64,000 nucleotides of DNA from Mobula hypostoma (Eukaryota), in NCBI RefSeq assembly GCF_963921235.1, contig NC_086108.1, forward strand, positions 112,718,001 to 112,782,000. The letters run 5' to 3'. A model generated the notes under the pieces. It saw only the letters and a program-made list of their open reading frames with translations, did not search any database and was not told the DNA's origin. Below, in pieces: positions 1 through 13,083 of this stretch (positions within the stretch are counted from its first letter, which is position 1; the number at the start of each line of letters is the position of its first letter). Position numbers and translations under genes: made by a program.

Positions 1-224
1 GGAAAACACCATACATAGAGTCACACATACAACATATAGCTATGATCCAGCACGTACAGTCACAAAATAATATTAGCACAAGTCCCTGAGTGAAGACCGA
101 TGGGTTGACGCAAAATGTGAGATGCATTTTATGTAAGACATTACAATGTCACTGACATTATTATAATAAAACAAAGTCATATAAATATGTTTCCTTAAAG
201 CTGTCATAGACAAGGGGTGGTATC

Positions 225-778
225 AGAGATGAACTCCCATTTCCTATTAAATGCTCCCTATGGTGTGCATCTCAAGTAGCCTCCGGCAACCAAGTCAAGT
301 TCCTGGCCTTCAGGTCTGGCTTAGCTACCAAGCCCGGAGAAATTGTTTCTACTGACAGAAGTAGCAAAAGCAGGAAACTGGCACTTAAAACCAGTCCCTT
401 CAAGAAGATGGGCCTCTTCAGCTGTGGTTGGCAGCTCATCTAGAAGGGAAACTCTGACCTTAAACCTCCACTGCCTTGTGGCTTTACCCAATCATGAGGA
501 AGGCTTCGGCAGTAAACCTGCAGAAAAATCCGGAGCTGGAGTCCCTAAGGCAGTTCTACGTTGAGTTCAACGCTGACTGGCAACTCCTGCGATGCTGCTG
601 GTACCAAACTGTATCGGTCTCTGCCGTTCCTTTGGGTTCAGCAGATACGTGGACAGAGAGAGAGAGAGAGAGTTTGCTGCATGTGTGTCAGCTTGCTCTC
701 CATATCGTCTCGTCCTGGCTTGCACATCTAGACAGATAGGATGCAACAACCATGGTTAACCCAGACCGATGGAGACCT
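225..778 (+). repeat. Dispersed ~550-bp non-coding repeat, probably RTE-derived (copies ~14800-15330 plus, ~24905-25662 minus, ~43800-44330 minus)
   Basis: Shared CTATTAAATGCTCCC...GGAGTCCCTAAGGCAG...GACTGGCAACTCCTGCGA blocks in all copies. Confidence 0.75.
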
Positions 779-1228
779 CCAATAAATACATCAAACAGCA
801 GTAATAAAAGATGTAGGGTGCCCAGTGTAGGATGTCCATGAGTCAGGGAGTGGAAGAGGAACAGCAGGACATTCAAATAGGGTATTCTCTCCCTCCCCTT
901 TTAATCAACGATTCAATCTTCACACCGAGGTGAAGAATTCCACACATTCATCAGCTGATGAGAAGTTCCCCTTGCTTAAAGACCGGTTTTACTTGAGGGG
1001 AGCGGAATGTATAAGTGTGGTGTCTACTTAACCTGTTGATTTAACCCCAGCCTAATCAACTGGTAATTTGATTCTACTAGCCCATACGTCTTTGGACAGA
1101 GAGAGGAAACTGGAGCACATGGAGGAAATCCGTGTGATGAATGGGAGGAACACACAAATTCCTTACGGTCAGCACTGGAATTGAACCCCGAACTCCAGAG
1201 TGCCTGGGCTGTAAAAGCTTTGTATTAT

Positions 1229-1342
1229 CCATCGCGCTACCATGACGCCGTCCAATCCATCGCGCTCCCGCAGCGCCATCCAATCCATCGCGCTCCCGCG
1301 GCGCCGTCCAATCCATCGCGCTCCCGCAGCGCCATCCAATCC
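1229..1342. repeat. 28-bp tandem repeat, ~4 units, at the 5' end of a minus-strand V-SINE
   Basis: CCATCGCGCTCCCGCRGCGCCRTCCAAT units. Confidence 0.9.
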
Positions 1343-3169
1343 TCCCTTTCAGGAACTCGAAGGCACCACATTATAGTGAAGGAAAATCAGTATTCTGATG
1401 CAATGCAATGCAATAGACTAAAATTAGCAGCAAAGCCTCAAGAGTTTGTTATGTCCTTGGTTTTATTACAGGTGGAGGGGAGAGGCAAGACTTGCTCAAG
1501 CTACTTTGAAAAAATTAAGGCTGTGTCATTTCTCTCCCCGACTGCTGGTCTTGCTCAAATTACCCTGCTGCTCTCCATGCTGGAGCAGAGAGTCAGAAAG
1601 TAACACATTGGGCAATTCCATACTACCGAGAGCATGAGTCAAAAGGAAAGAGATCTGAAACATTTTCTCATAAAATGATTGTGAAATCCACCAGTGAATT
1701 GATATTTGATTTCATTAAACCTTTCTGATATGGGTCAGTGAAACCTCCAGTCAGAACTCTGCTTCACCTTCAGTCCATGATATATCTGGATGTTGATTTA
1801 ATAATGACAGTTATTGACACAACCTCATTTACCCAACACGGATAAATTCCTCTGTGAATCAAAGACATGCTGTTTCACAATGGTGCTTTATTTTGTTTCT
1901 TTTACTCAACACTCCTTGCATTCTCTCTAAAATGACCTCAACGGCCTCTCAAAACATTCTGTGTCCTGCCACACACCTGTGATGGAGTCCTCCTTTACCT
2001 GCCAACCGTATACTTTCACTGCTCTAACGTAACAAGCTGTATCCCTGCTTGGTACGGAAACTGCACTGCAGCAGACAGGAAAGCTCTAGGCGGGTAGTTA
2101 AAACCATCCAATGACAGCTCTAGGTGGGTAGTTAAAACTGTCCAATGCATCACTGGCACCAGCCTACCCGTCATCAAGGACGTACATACAGAAAGTCACT
2201 GGTAAAGGGCCAAACACCTCCACTCACTAACCGACCCCTTCACACCCCCAACCACCACTACTTTATCATTTCCTGTCAGTCACCTTATGTACAGACACTC
2301 ATGTGCCTAGCGTCACTTTCTGGACATACAATCAATGCATTTAAGCTACCTTATGTGTTTCTATTTATTGTGTTTTTTTTATTATTATTACATTTTATTG
2401 TGCTTTTGTGCTACATCAAATCTAGGGTAACAATTATATTTTTTCTCCTTTACATTTGTGTACTGGAAATGACATAAAACAATCTTGAATCTTGACAATT
2501 AAACCACCTCAGAGACTGATTGAAAGTTGTCGAGTAGATAAGGGAATTATTACAATTCATTACAATTGAAGTTGAAATTTGAACAGTTGAAAATTCAAAA
2601 AAAAGAAAAGAGACTGGCTATGGAATGTAACTATCTTTGTTGGAAAGGATTGCTGTCACAGGTTTATGAGGACATAGTGTTGTCTTTATTTTTCTTTCAA
2701 GGGGAAGATCTGTTACTATGTGTGCATAACAAAGAACTTCAGTTGCCAGTGAGCAATATGAGGGGGTTCACCTGGAACTGGAAGCTCCAATAGTGACTGG
2801 GGGTTGCACATACATAGCAGCAGGGTAAGTCATAAACTGTTCTAATGTAAACCCATGCCATGTTTGAACAAACATAACTTAATTCCCTGCACAGATGGTG
2901 CCTGACCTGCCAAGTCTTTCCAGCATTTTGTTGTCATAAAGTGTCACAGTGCCCAGTTGCAGGCTGTTCAGTCCACCTTGGCAATGCCCACCGTCACGTA
3001 CCCAGCTATCAATTCTTGTAATTAATTGATCTGTATGCACTCCAGAAGTGGGGCTTGAGATAGCAAGACAGAATTTTCTCAGGTGTGATGGAGTCAATAG
3101 TCATCACATCCACCAAGATAGAGTAAGAATTTTGACTTGCATAATGTTCATGCATACCAAATCATTATA

Positions 3170-3570
3170 AAACCAAAAGACTTAAGAGCAAAATTTGGCC
3201 ACCCAGACCACGGAGTCTGTTCTGCCATTCCATCATGGCAGATCTGTTATCCCTCTCAAACCCATTCTCCTGCCCTCTCCCCGTAATGCCCTGTCTAATC
3301 AAGAACATATCAACCTCCGCATTAAATACACCCAGTGACTTGGCCTCCACAGCCAATAAGTTCCACAGATTCCCCCACTGGCTAAGAAAAAGTTTCCAAT
3401 TCTGTTCTAAAGGGAAGTCCTTGTATTTGGAGGCTGTGCCCTCTGGTCCTTGACTTCCCTGCTATAGGAAACATTCTCTCCACATCCACTTTATCTAGGA
3501 CATTCAAACAGGTTTCAATAAAATCCCCTCATTCTTCTGAACTCCAGTGAGTACAGGCCCAGAGCCAGCA
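3170..3570 (-). mobile_element. CR1 3' fragment
   Basis: AVEAKSLGVFNAEVD motif and CR1 3' UTR hairpin region. Confidence 0.75.
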
Positions 3571-4199
3571 AGAAATGGCAGTGTAGTGGCTAGCACAACA
3601 CCTCTCAGTACAGGCAACATGGATTCAGTTCCCTTTGCTGCCAGTACAGAGTTTGTACGGTCTCCTCAAAACCATGTGGGTTTCCTCCTGGTCCTCGAGT
3701 TCCCCCCAACAGTTCAAAGACATACCTTAATTGGACATGGCATCAAAGGGAGAAGGCTGGAAACTGGGGTTGAGGAGGAGATAAAGAGGATCAGCCATGA
3801 TTGAATGGCAGAACAGACTCGATGGGCTAGATGGCCTCATTCTGCTCCTATGTCTTATGGTCTGATACCGGTTGGTGGGCTAATCGATCATTGTAAATTG
3901 CCCCATGATTAGGTTAGGGTTAAATCGAGACATTACTGGGTAGTATGCTTGAAAGGCCTATTCCTCGCTGTATCTCAATAAATGTTCCTCATATACATTA
4001 ACCCTTTTCAGTGCCAGGATCATTCTCATGAATCTCCTCTGGACCCTCAATGCCAACACACCCCTTCTTAGATATGGGGCTCAAAACTGCACACAGCACT
4101 CCAGACGCGGTCTCACCAATGCCTTATTATGGATGGGCTGATAACATTAACAGCTGGAAAAACACACAAATCAAAAGAAGTTAACGAAGAATTTGATAG

Positions 4200-4705
4200 A
4201 CATGAGAGATTCTGCAGATGCCGGACATCCACATCAACATACACAAAGCGCTGCAGGAACTCACCAGGTCAAGCAGCGTCTATGGAGATATATATATATA
4301 TATATAAACAGTCGACATTTTGAGCCGAGAGACTTTTTTCAGGACTGGAAAGGAAGGGGGAAGATGCCAGAATAAAAAAAGTGGGAGCAGGGGAATGAGG
4401 ATAGCTAGGTGAGAGGTGAAATCAGGTGGGGAGGAAAGGTAAAGGGCTGGAGAAGAAGGAATCTGATAGGAGAGAAGACTGCACCACTGGAGAAAGAGAA
4501 AGGAACCCAGAGGGAAGTGATAAGCAGGAGAGAAGAGGCAAGAGGCCAGAGTGGGGGATACAAGAAGAGGGAAGGGGAAGGGAATTTTTTTAAAACTAGA
4601 AGAAATCAACATTCATGCCCTCAGGTTGGAGGCTACCAGTTGTGTTGTTCCTGCACTCAGAGTGGCCTCATCATCGTACAAGAGGAGGCCATGGGCTGAC
4701 ATGTC
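4200..4705 (-). mobile_element. Old Penelope-like 3' end with degenerate hammerhead (~4309-4347)
   Basis: pLTR-type sequence (TCTGCAGATG...GGAACTCA...CAGTCGAC) plus a decayed GIY-YIG C-terminal region (CCTCATCATCGTACAAGAGGAGGCCATG). Hammerhead core is mutated. Confidence 0.7.
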
Positions 4706-5019
4706 AGAAGGAAAATTTGAGACCCAAATTTTGATTTGATGCACAGTTTTGCATAAAGATATGTAAAGAGTAGCATTGTTTGTCAGGCGTACATCAAAAT
4801 ATACAGTGAAATGTGTCATTTTCATCAACGTCCAGAGTCTGAGGATTGTGCTGGGATAGCCTGCCAGTGTTGCCACGTTTCTGGGATCAACATAGCTTGC
4901 TCACAACTTACTAACCCTGACCCTTACGACTTCGGAATGTGGGAGGAAACCAGAGCACCCAAAGGAGCCCCATGTGGTCATGGGGAGAGCGTGCATCATG
5001 GTGAAACCAAATACTGAAT

Positions 5020-5545
5020 CAATCTGTTCACCAATCTACAGGAAAGGTATCAATAAGATTGAAAGAGTACACAGAAAATTGACAAGGATGTTGTCAGGAC
5101 TTGAGGGCCTGAGTCATAGGGAAAGGTTGAACAGGTCAGGACTTTACTCCCTGGAGTGCCGGAGAATGAGAGGAGACGGATAGTGGTAATCAAAATTAAG
5201 AGCGGTATAAACGGGGTAAAAGCAAGCAGGCTTTTACCAGTGAGGTCAGGTGAGACTAGAACCAGAGGTCATGGGTTAAGGGTGAAAGGTGAAAAGTTTA
5301 GAGGAACATGAGGGTAAACTTCTTCACTCAAGAGGACCACGAGAGTGTGGGACAAGCTGCCAGCACAAGTGGTTCACGCGGAGATTGATTTTGAAGTTTA
5401 AGAGAAGTTTGGATAGGTACATGGATGGAAAGGGTATGGAGGGCTATGTTCAGGTGCAGGTCGATGGGATTTAGCAGATTAATTATTCTTCATGGACGAA
5501 ATAGGCTGCAGCTCCTGTTTTCTGTGCTGTAGTGTTCTATTACTC
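5020..5545 (+). mobile_element. CR1 3' fragment
   Basis: SPIYRKGINKIERVHRKLTRMLSGLEGLSHRERLNRSGLYSLE. Confidence 0.8.
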
Positions 5546-5651
5546 TAACAATGTTAAACCTTTCACCCTTCTGAGTCAGACACAAGGTTTAACTCTCCAC
5601 TTCCTTCCCAGTCCTGTTCTGGGAACCTGCACAATGGCAGTTATTGACACA

Positions 5652-5810
5652 AGCAACACTCATCAAAGTTGCTGGTGAACGCAGCAGGCCAGGCAGCATC
5701 TCTAGGAAGAGGTGCGGTCGACGTTTCAGGCCGAGACCCTTCGTCAGTTCACCAGCAACTTTTATGTGTGTTGCTTGAATTTCCAGCATCTGCAGAATTC
5801 CTGTTGTTTG
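5652..5810. mobile_element. Hairpin mini-element derived from Penelope pLTR ends
   Basis: Inverted arms AGCAACACTCATCAAAGTTGCTGGTGAAC / GTTCACCAGCAACTTTTATGTGTGTTGCT. Minus-strand hammerhead core at ~5717-5747. 13-bp TSD AGTTATTGACACA (5639-5651, 5811-5823). Confidence 0.85.
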
Positions 5811-6147
5811 AGTTATTGACACATCTACTTTTACTGGAACAAAAGCCGATTCTTTGAATTTCACAATGGATTTCTTTTTTATATCAGTTATTTCCTCTTT
5901 TTGAGTAACTCTTCAATATTCACATAGAGTCACATCTTAAAATCCACTCAATGTAATGCAATAACCATTCCATTCCACCTTTCCTCCTCAGACCCTCCCT
6001 CTACACATCGCCTGCTAGGAAGGATGTGGAAGCTTAAGGGAGGGTGTGGAGGAGATTTACCATTTCTCTGTAGAGCGAACGAGGCTGAGAGGTGATGACT
6101 GAGGTGTACAAGATGCTCTTAATGGTGGGGAGAGCTGTGTCCATGAA

Positions 6148-6321
6148 GAAGCTGGTAGTCTACAGCCTCTACAGCCTCTAGCAATCCTGTGCCCGTGAGG
6201 AGGCTGGCAGTCTACAGCCTCTAGCAATCCTGTGCCCGTGAGGAGGCTGGCAGTCTACAGCCTCTAGCAATCCTGTGCCCGTGAGGAGGCTGGCAGTCTA
6301 CAGCCTCTAGCAATCCTGTGC
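6148..6321. repeat. 43-bp tandem repeat, ~4 units
   Basis: GAGGAGGCTGGCAGTCTACAGCCTCTAGCAATCCTGTGCCCGT starts at 6197, 6240 and 6283. Confidence 0.93.
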
Positions 6322-7903
6322 ATTGGATTCTCCAAATGAGTTAGCCTCCTTCACTGTAGAGTTGGGGAAGGAAGAACTACAGGACATGGGTTTATGGAGA
6401 GAGGGGGAAAGAGATTTAGAAGTGAACTGAGAGACAACTTTATGCAGAGTGGGGTGGGTACATGTAGCAGAGAAAATGACTGAGCCAGGTACAGTGTGTT
6501 GTACGGAAGCTTCACTGAGATGGAGAGGAAGACTATACAGCGGGTAGTCACATCTGCCTAACACATCACTGGCTCCGGCCCACCCAGCATCAAGGACATA
6601 CAATCTAAACAGAAAGATACCAGAAAAGGGCCAGTAACATCATAAAGGATCCCACCCACCCTGCTCATGGACTGTTCGTCCCACTCCCATCAGAGAGGAG
6701 GCTTCGTAGCACCCAAATCAGGACCACCAGATTCAAAAACAGTTACTTTTCCCGAGCAGTGAGGCTGATCAACACCTCCACCCACTAACCCATGCCTCCA
6801 CACCCCCGACCAGCACTACTTTATCATTTCCTGTCGCAGTCACCTTATGTACAAACACTCCTGTGTCTAGTATCACTCTATGGACATACAATCAATGCAT
6901 ATAAGCTACCTTATCTGCTTATATTTATTTGTGTTTTTTAAAAATTATTGTCATCCTTATTGATATTTCTGTACTGTATCAGTCCGGAGTAACAATTATC
7001 TCATTCTTCTTTACGCCTGCATACTGGAAATGACCTTAAACAATCTGAAGAGGATGAATTTCAGGTTGTATACTGTATATATATTCAGATACTAAATGTG
7101 CCTTTGAACAATCTTGAGAACAGATCATTGAAAAGGAATATGGATAGCTACATGGCAAAAAGGTTTAGAAGGTTGTGATCCAAACACAGGCTCGGTGTGG
7201 GGCCAAAGGACCTGTTCTCTGTGCTGTGTTAGTCTGACTCGTTCCCCCAACTTAACGGTTTACCTCGTTATGGTAAACTAGGTAAGATAGTGGTTAGTAT
7301 AACAATTTACAGTGCCAGTTACCGGGGTTCAATTCTCACTGCCATCCATAAGGAGTTTGTACGTTCTCCTACGGGTCCTCTGCTTTCCTCTCACATCCCA
7401 AAGGTGTGCTGGTTGCTAGGTGAATTGGTCACATGGGTGTAATTGGGCTGGAAGGGCCTGTTAACATGCTAGATCCCCAAAAACACATAAATCCATCATC
7501 AAGGACGTACAGCTTGGGGTTAGTAGGTTGTGGGCATGCTACATTGGGCCCTTCGATGGGCCAAATGGCCGACTTCTGCTCCTTTGTCTTATGGTCTTGT
7601 CTTGGGGTCTATTTGGTACTGGAAGCACCGTGACACCTGTAGGCTGCCCCAGCCCACCTTCAGGGACTGTGTCGAACGTTGATGCAAACGACAAATTTCA
7701 CTCTATGTTCTGATGTTTCAGTGTACATTTGACCAATAAAGCTAATATTTTCTTTAGAAGTCTTTTAGCACTATCTACTGTTTATCTTATCATTCTGGAA
7801 ATTTTGTCATGGTGAAATATTTAAAGGGAACATGGTATGGGGAGGGAACGTCTTCACTCAGAGGGTGGTGCGAGTGTGTAATGAGCTGCCAGTGGAAACG
7901 TGG

Positions 7904-8077
7904 ACAACACACACAACATGCTGGAGGAACTCAGGTCCTGCCGAAGGGTTTCAGCCCTAAACGTTGACTGTACTCTTTCCCATAAATGCTGCCTAGCCTG
8001 CTGAGTTCCTCCAGCACTTTGTGCGTGTTGCTCAGCCTGTTACGTCTTGTGTCTGCAGATTTTCTCTTGTTTGTGAT
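7904..8077 (+). mobile_element. Hairpin mini-element derived from Penelope pLTR ends, inserted in a CR1 3' fragment
   Basis: Short inverted arm CAACAC...GCTGGAGGAACTCAG, then GTCCTGCCGAAGGG...AAACGTTGACTG. Imperfect TSD TGGAAAYGT. Confidence 0.75.
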
Positions 8078-10074
8078 TGGAAATGTACAGACGGGTTCAC
8101 AGAAACATTGAAAACCTACAGCACAATTCAGGCCCTTTGGCCCACAAAGCTGTGCCGAACATGTACGTACTTTAGAAATTACCTAGGGTTACCCATAGCC
8201 CTCTATATTCCTAAGCTCCATGTACTTATACAGGAGTCTCTTAAAAGACCCTATTGTATCCACCGCCATCGCCGTTGCCAGCAGCCCATTCCACGCACTC
8301 ACCGCTCTCTGTGTAAAAAACTTACCCCTGACATCTCCAAGTTTGGATAGGTACATGAATGGGAGGGATATGGAGGGCTATGGTCTGAGTGAAGTCAGTG
8401 GGACCAGCAGAGTAATATTTCAGCATGATTAGATGGGCTGAACGGTCTGTTTCTTACTGGAGCGTTCTATGACGCTGTGCCTTTTCCTTCTCAACTCCAC
8501 GGTGGCAAAAGCCTTCAGCAATTGAACGGCTGTTTAAGAGTTAAATTCGCAGGTGTTTTTTTTTAAAGAAAGGGGCAGTACATTTTTCTCCCATTCTTGC
8601 ATTCTTTACAGGCCTCACATCCCACACACAAGTAGTTAAGCAACAATGAAACACTCCTTACCTGGCACATTACAATGACCCTTAGAAAGAGAGAAAAAAA
8701 ATGTACTTCTCAAATTGAAGCAGATTTTGCCAATGAGCAAAAAAGACACAGGGATAAAATCTCTAGAATCTTTTAACCTATTGCAAGATCAATCTAATCC
8801 TTACTTCCTACATAGCCCTCACCTCAGCATTGAACTAACTCATTCAAATCCTTTAAATCACAAAGAGGAGGGTCCCGGAACAGATCTCTGTTCTTTAACC
8901 TGGCTGCGGGCTGGCTTCACTCCCCTCAGCACTGAATTGGCTCTGTTGCTGTGGACTCTACCGTTCATGTTCTGTGTGTTTTTTTTTATATATTGTTTGC
9001 ATAATTTGTTCTTTTTTCTCCTCTCACAGTAGATTTGCTGGTCTTTATAGTATGTGTTTTTTTAAAAAAGTGAATCTATTGTGTTTCTTTCTTTGTGATT
9101 GACTGCAAGAAGCTGAATCTCAAAGTTGGATTTGGTGTACAAACTTTGAACTTTGAACTTGCTTTGAACTTTTGAACCATTTTTGGAATATGCTACCATA
9201 GATGATGAAAGCAGGCAAAATTAAATTTAAGAGGCATTAAATGGGCAAGACATAAAAAAGCAGTCCTAATGAGGGCAAATGGAAAGAGTCCACTTCTGTG
9301 CTGTATGACCTCAAGATCCCCACCAAATGGCCATGCCATATTTTCACATCTACCATCAAGCAGGAGGTACAGAAATCTGAAGTTCCACACCACCAGATTA
9401 GAGAACAAAGTTTGCCACAGGGACCTGTTCTGGGACCCCAGCTCTTTGTGATCTTTCTTTATATAAAAGACTTGGATGAGGAATTGGAAAGGTGAGTTAG
9501 TAAGTTTGCAGATGATACAAAGATTGGTGGAGTTGTGGATAATTTAGAAGGTTGCTGTTGGCTACATTGTCAGGATGCAGAGCTGGGCTGAGACACGGCA
9601 GATGGAGTCCAGCACCCAGGGCATGCCCTTTTCTCACTGTTACCATCAGGTAGGAGATACAGAAGCCTGAAGGCACACACTCAGTGATTCAGGAACAGCT
9701 TCTTCCCCTCTGCCACCTGATTCCTAAATGGACATTGAACTCGTGAACACTACCTCACTTTTATTATATATATTATTTCTAGTTTTGCACAATTTTTAAT
9801 CTATTCTCTATACGTATACTATAATTGATTTACTCATTTGTTTATGTATTTTTTTCTTCTATATTATGTATTGCATTGAACTACTGCTGCTGCTAAGTTA
9901 TAAATTTCACAACACATGCTGGTGACAATAACCCAGATTCTGATCCTGATGTAACAGCCACCAGCCTAATCACTGCAATCTAGCAACACTGTAACCACTC
10001 TGATCAACTTGCACTAAAATGGATGTTGTTTATTTTGTTCTAATTGTGAAGACTGTATATAATTAATGTTTAAT

Positions 10075-10820
10075 AACAGAACGGTACAGCACAGGAAAAG
10101 GACCGTGGTACACAATCCTGTGCCAGATCAGTTAAAAAGCAAATCAAAAACATCTGAATATTAATCCCTCCTACTTACACAATGTCCATCTCTCTCCATC
10201 TTCCTCACATCCATGTGCCTATCCAACATCTCTTAAAAGCCTCTAATCTATTTGCCTCTACCACCATACCACCAGTGCATTCCAGGCACCCACCACTTTC
10301 TGAGTAAAAAACGTACCCCTCACATCCCCCATTTCACTTTCAATGAATGCCCTCTGGTATTAGACGTTGGCGCGTAGCCAAGTGGTTAAGGCGTTCGTCT
10401 AGTGATTTGAAGGTCGCTAGTTCGAGCCTTGGCTGAGGCAGCGTGTGTGTCCTTCAGCAAGGCACTTAATCACACATTGCTCTGTGACGACACTGGTGCC
10501 AAGCTGTATGGGTCCTAATGCCCTTCCCTTGGACAACATTGGTGGCGTGGAGAGGGGAGACTTGCAGCATGGGCAACTGCCGGTCTTCCATACAACCTTG
10601 CCCAGGCCTGTGCCCTGGAAACCTTCCAAGGCACAAATCCGTGGTCTCATGAGACTAACAGATCCCTATATATAAAAAAGGTATTAGACATTGCAACCCT
10701 GGGAAACAGATACTCTCTGTCCACTATCTATGCCTCTCATAAGGTTGTAAACCTCTACCAGATCTCCCCTGAGCCTGCAATGCTCCAGAGAAAATGACCC
10801 ACGTTTATCCAGCCTCTGCT
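10075..10820 (-). mobile_element. CR1 3' fragment interrupted by a SINE
   Basis: Homologous to 58675-59140. Split by the 10369-10679 SINE with a TSD. Confidence 0.75.
10369..10679 (+). mobile_element. Full-length tRNA-derived CORE-type SINE
   Basis: A box TAGCCAAGTGG, B box GTTCGAGCC, CORE-like GTGTCCTTCAGCAAGGCACTTAA, A-rich end. 13-bp TSD GGTATTAGACRTT (10356-10368, 10680-10692). Confidence 0.88.
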
Positions 10821-11989
10821 CACCTGATCCTCTGCGCTTGTGATACTGCTGCAAGGAGGTTTTTCATTAACAATAAACCTAACCCTCACTTCCGGTAAGA
10901 TGGCAGCATGCTCCAATGCAGCAGCCTCTACAGGGCAAAACCAAAGGCGTTATTGGCTTTTGCAAACATATTTTCTTTTTACGATCGCAAGATCCTGTTG
11001 GACACTAAGAGCGACGGCTTGGCTCCATCAGCGAGGTGCTCGTTGGCAGAGAAACCAAAGGAGCTGGACTTGGTGTGGGTTGTGCTGCCGCCTGCATTGG
11101 GGACATGACGGAGGAGACGGTACGTGAAGGCAGCGTGCAGTCTAACAGCGAGCACTCGTCTCAGTCGCTTCCCCTGTGATCTCAAGGCCCTGATGCATAT
11201 TGTTAACGTGGAACACTGCAAGTCAAGTCACCGATTTATTGATGGAATGGCAGAGGTGGACAATGTGGGGGGGGGCTGTACAACATCTGTAGCAGGGACA
11301 AGGCCTGAAGCCACAGTATTGCCTGTTTACAGCTGCCCAGGAGAGAGGCAGAGTCATGCACTCCGGTGTGCCAGAGGTGGCGCGGCACGCTGTCCAAACT
11401 GGAATTGGTGCTGTCCCCCAATATTCACTCAGCAGAAGACAACCTATATTGTGTTCAGCTGCAGGGACTTGGACATTATCATTTTTTTGTGACTGCATTT
11501 TAGTGATACCTTATTACTGATGGTGCCGTGTTTTGACCCCAGAGGAACATTGTTTCATTTGACTGTATTCACTCATGGTTGAATGACAGTCAAATTTGAA
11601 CTTGAAACCTCACGATGACTCTAACTTTCATAAAATCCCCGAGATGTAATAAATAAACCTTGCAACACCTTCCCAAGCCAGAGGGAGTGTTAGTTCACCA
11701 TTCCAAACACTCTTTGTCCTGTGATTCGAACACCCGTGTACAGCTATTGCCACAGCCCCATCTTGCAAAACAAAAGATTTTAAGAAATCACATTGCTATT
11801 GATTTCACAATTTAATTTTTTTTTTACAGCTTACTTCTTTTCCTCAATCATTTCTTCACCTTTCTACTAAGTAACAAAGCAGCTTCTATCGCTATTGCTA
11901 TTCATTTCTTGTTGCAACATGCACTGTGATGAAATGTAGTATTTCCCCAGAGCAAGAGCCAGATTTACCAACTCAGTAAGCCTTATTAT

Positions 11990-12580
11990 TCAAGGTCCAA
12001 GTTCCTGGGCATCAACGTCTTTGAGGATCTATCCTGGGCCCAATATATTGAGGCAATTACAAAGAAGGCATGACAGTGGCTATATATCATTAGGAGATTG
12101 AGGAGACTTGGTATGTCGCCAAAGACTCGCAAATTTCTCCAGACGGACCGTGAGGAGGATTCTAACTGTCTGGTACGGAGGGACAATTGCACAGGATCGG
12201 AAAAAGCTGCAGAGAGTTGTAAACTCAGACAGCTCCATCATAGGCACTAGCCTGCCCACCATCAAGGACATCTGCATTAGGCGAGGCCTCAGATACAAAA
12301 AAGGCAGTCTCCACCATGACAGACCCCCACTGCTCGCGACATGCCCTCTTCTCACTGCTACCTTCAAGGAGGCGGTACAGCAGCTTGAATACACATACTT
12401 GCTGTTTTAGGACTTCGTCTTCCCCTTCACTGACAATGATCCCATGAACACCAGCACACTGCTTCTGCACTACATATAGATTTCTTTTTGTAATTTATAC
12501 TTTATTTTATGTATTGCATTGTACTGCTGCCACTAAACAAGTTTCATGACATGTATCAGTGAAGATAAGCCTGGTTCTGA
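11990..12580 (+). mobile_element. Rex1/Babar-type LINE 3' fragment (similar pieces at ~2030-2495, 6490-7050, 9610-9950, 16670-17770, 31680-31935 minus, 53920-54410)
   Basis: VWYGGTIAQDRKKLQRVVNS motif and shared AT-rich 3' UTR. Confidence 0.75.
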
Positions 12581-12896
12581 TCTTTGTGCTGTACTGTGGC
12601 CACAAAACAAATATCACACCATGTCCGATAATCAATGTGACTGATTAATATTCTTGGGAATCTTCAATTTCATGACCCTAAAACAATTTGCCCAGCTGTA
12701 TAAAATATCTGAGTCCAGCCATGTTTGAGTTAAAGAATGTTTTTTCCCTCCAACATGCCTTGACAGTTCAACTGATGCTTAAAGCCAGCTGTGGTGCTTA
12801 AGTCTGCTTTCAGTGTCCCTGATAAATGGATCTTTTCTTTCATACTAATGAAATAGTGCATCGTCCTCACTACTGCGATTTGGGAGATGGAGGTCG

Positions 12897-13083
12897 TGTT
12901 GTTGTTGAGTGTCGTCGACTCGTGGTGACCCTATGGGTAGGGTAGTTGTCCACAGGGTTTTCATGTTAAGATACAGAACTAGATTTCCGGGCCTTTCCTC
13001 TCCACAGATACTTCTGGTGCCCAGGCTGAAACCGGCTGGATTCAGACTCAAGTCCAGTGCTGATACCACTACACCACCAGCCC
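12897..13083 (-). mobile_element. tRNA-headed SINE with RTE-like tail
   Basis: Minus strand starts GGGCTGGTGGTGTAGTGG and ends GGGTCACCACGAGTCGACGACACTCAACAACAAC. Confidence 0.65.

Noticed and set aside
10369..10440. tRNA gene
   Set aside because: The A/B boxes are the head of a 311-bp TSD-flanked SINE. There is no closing acceptor stem or T-run terminator.
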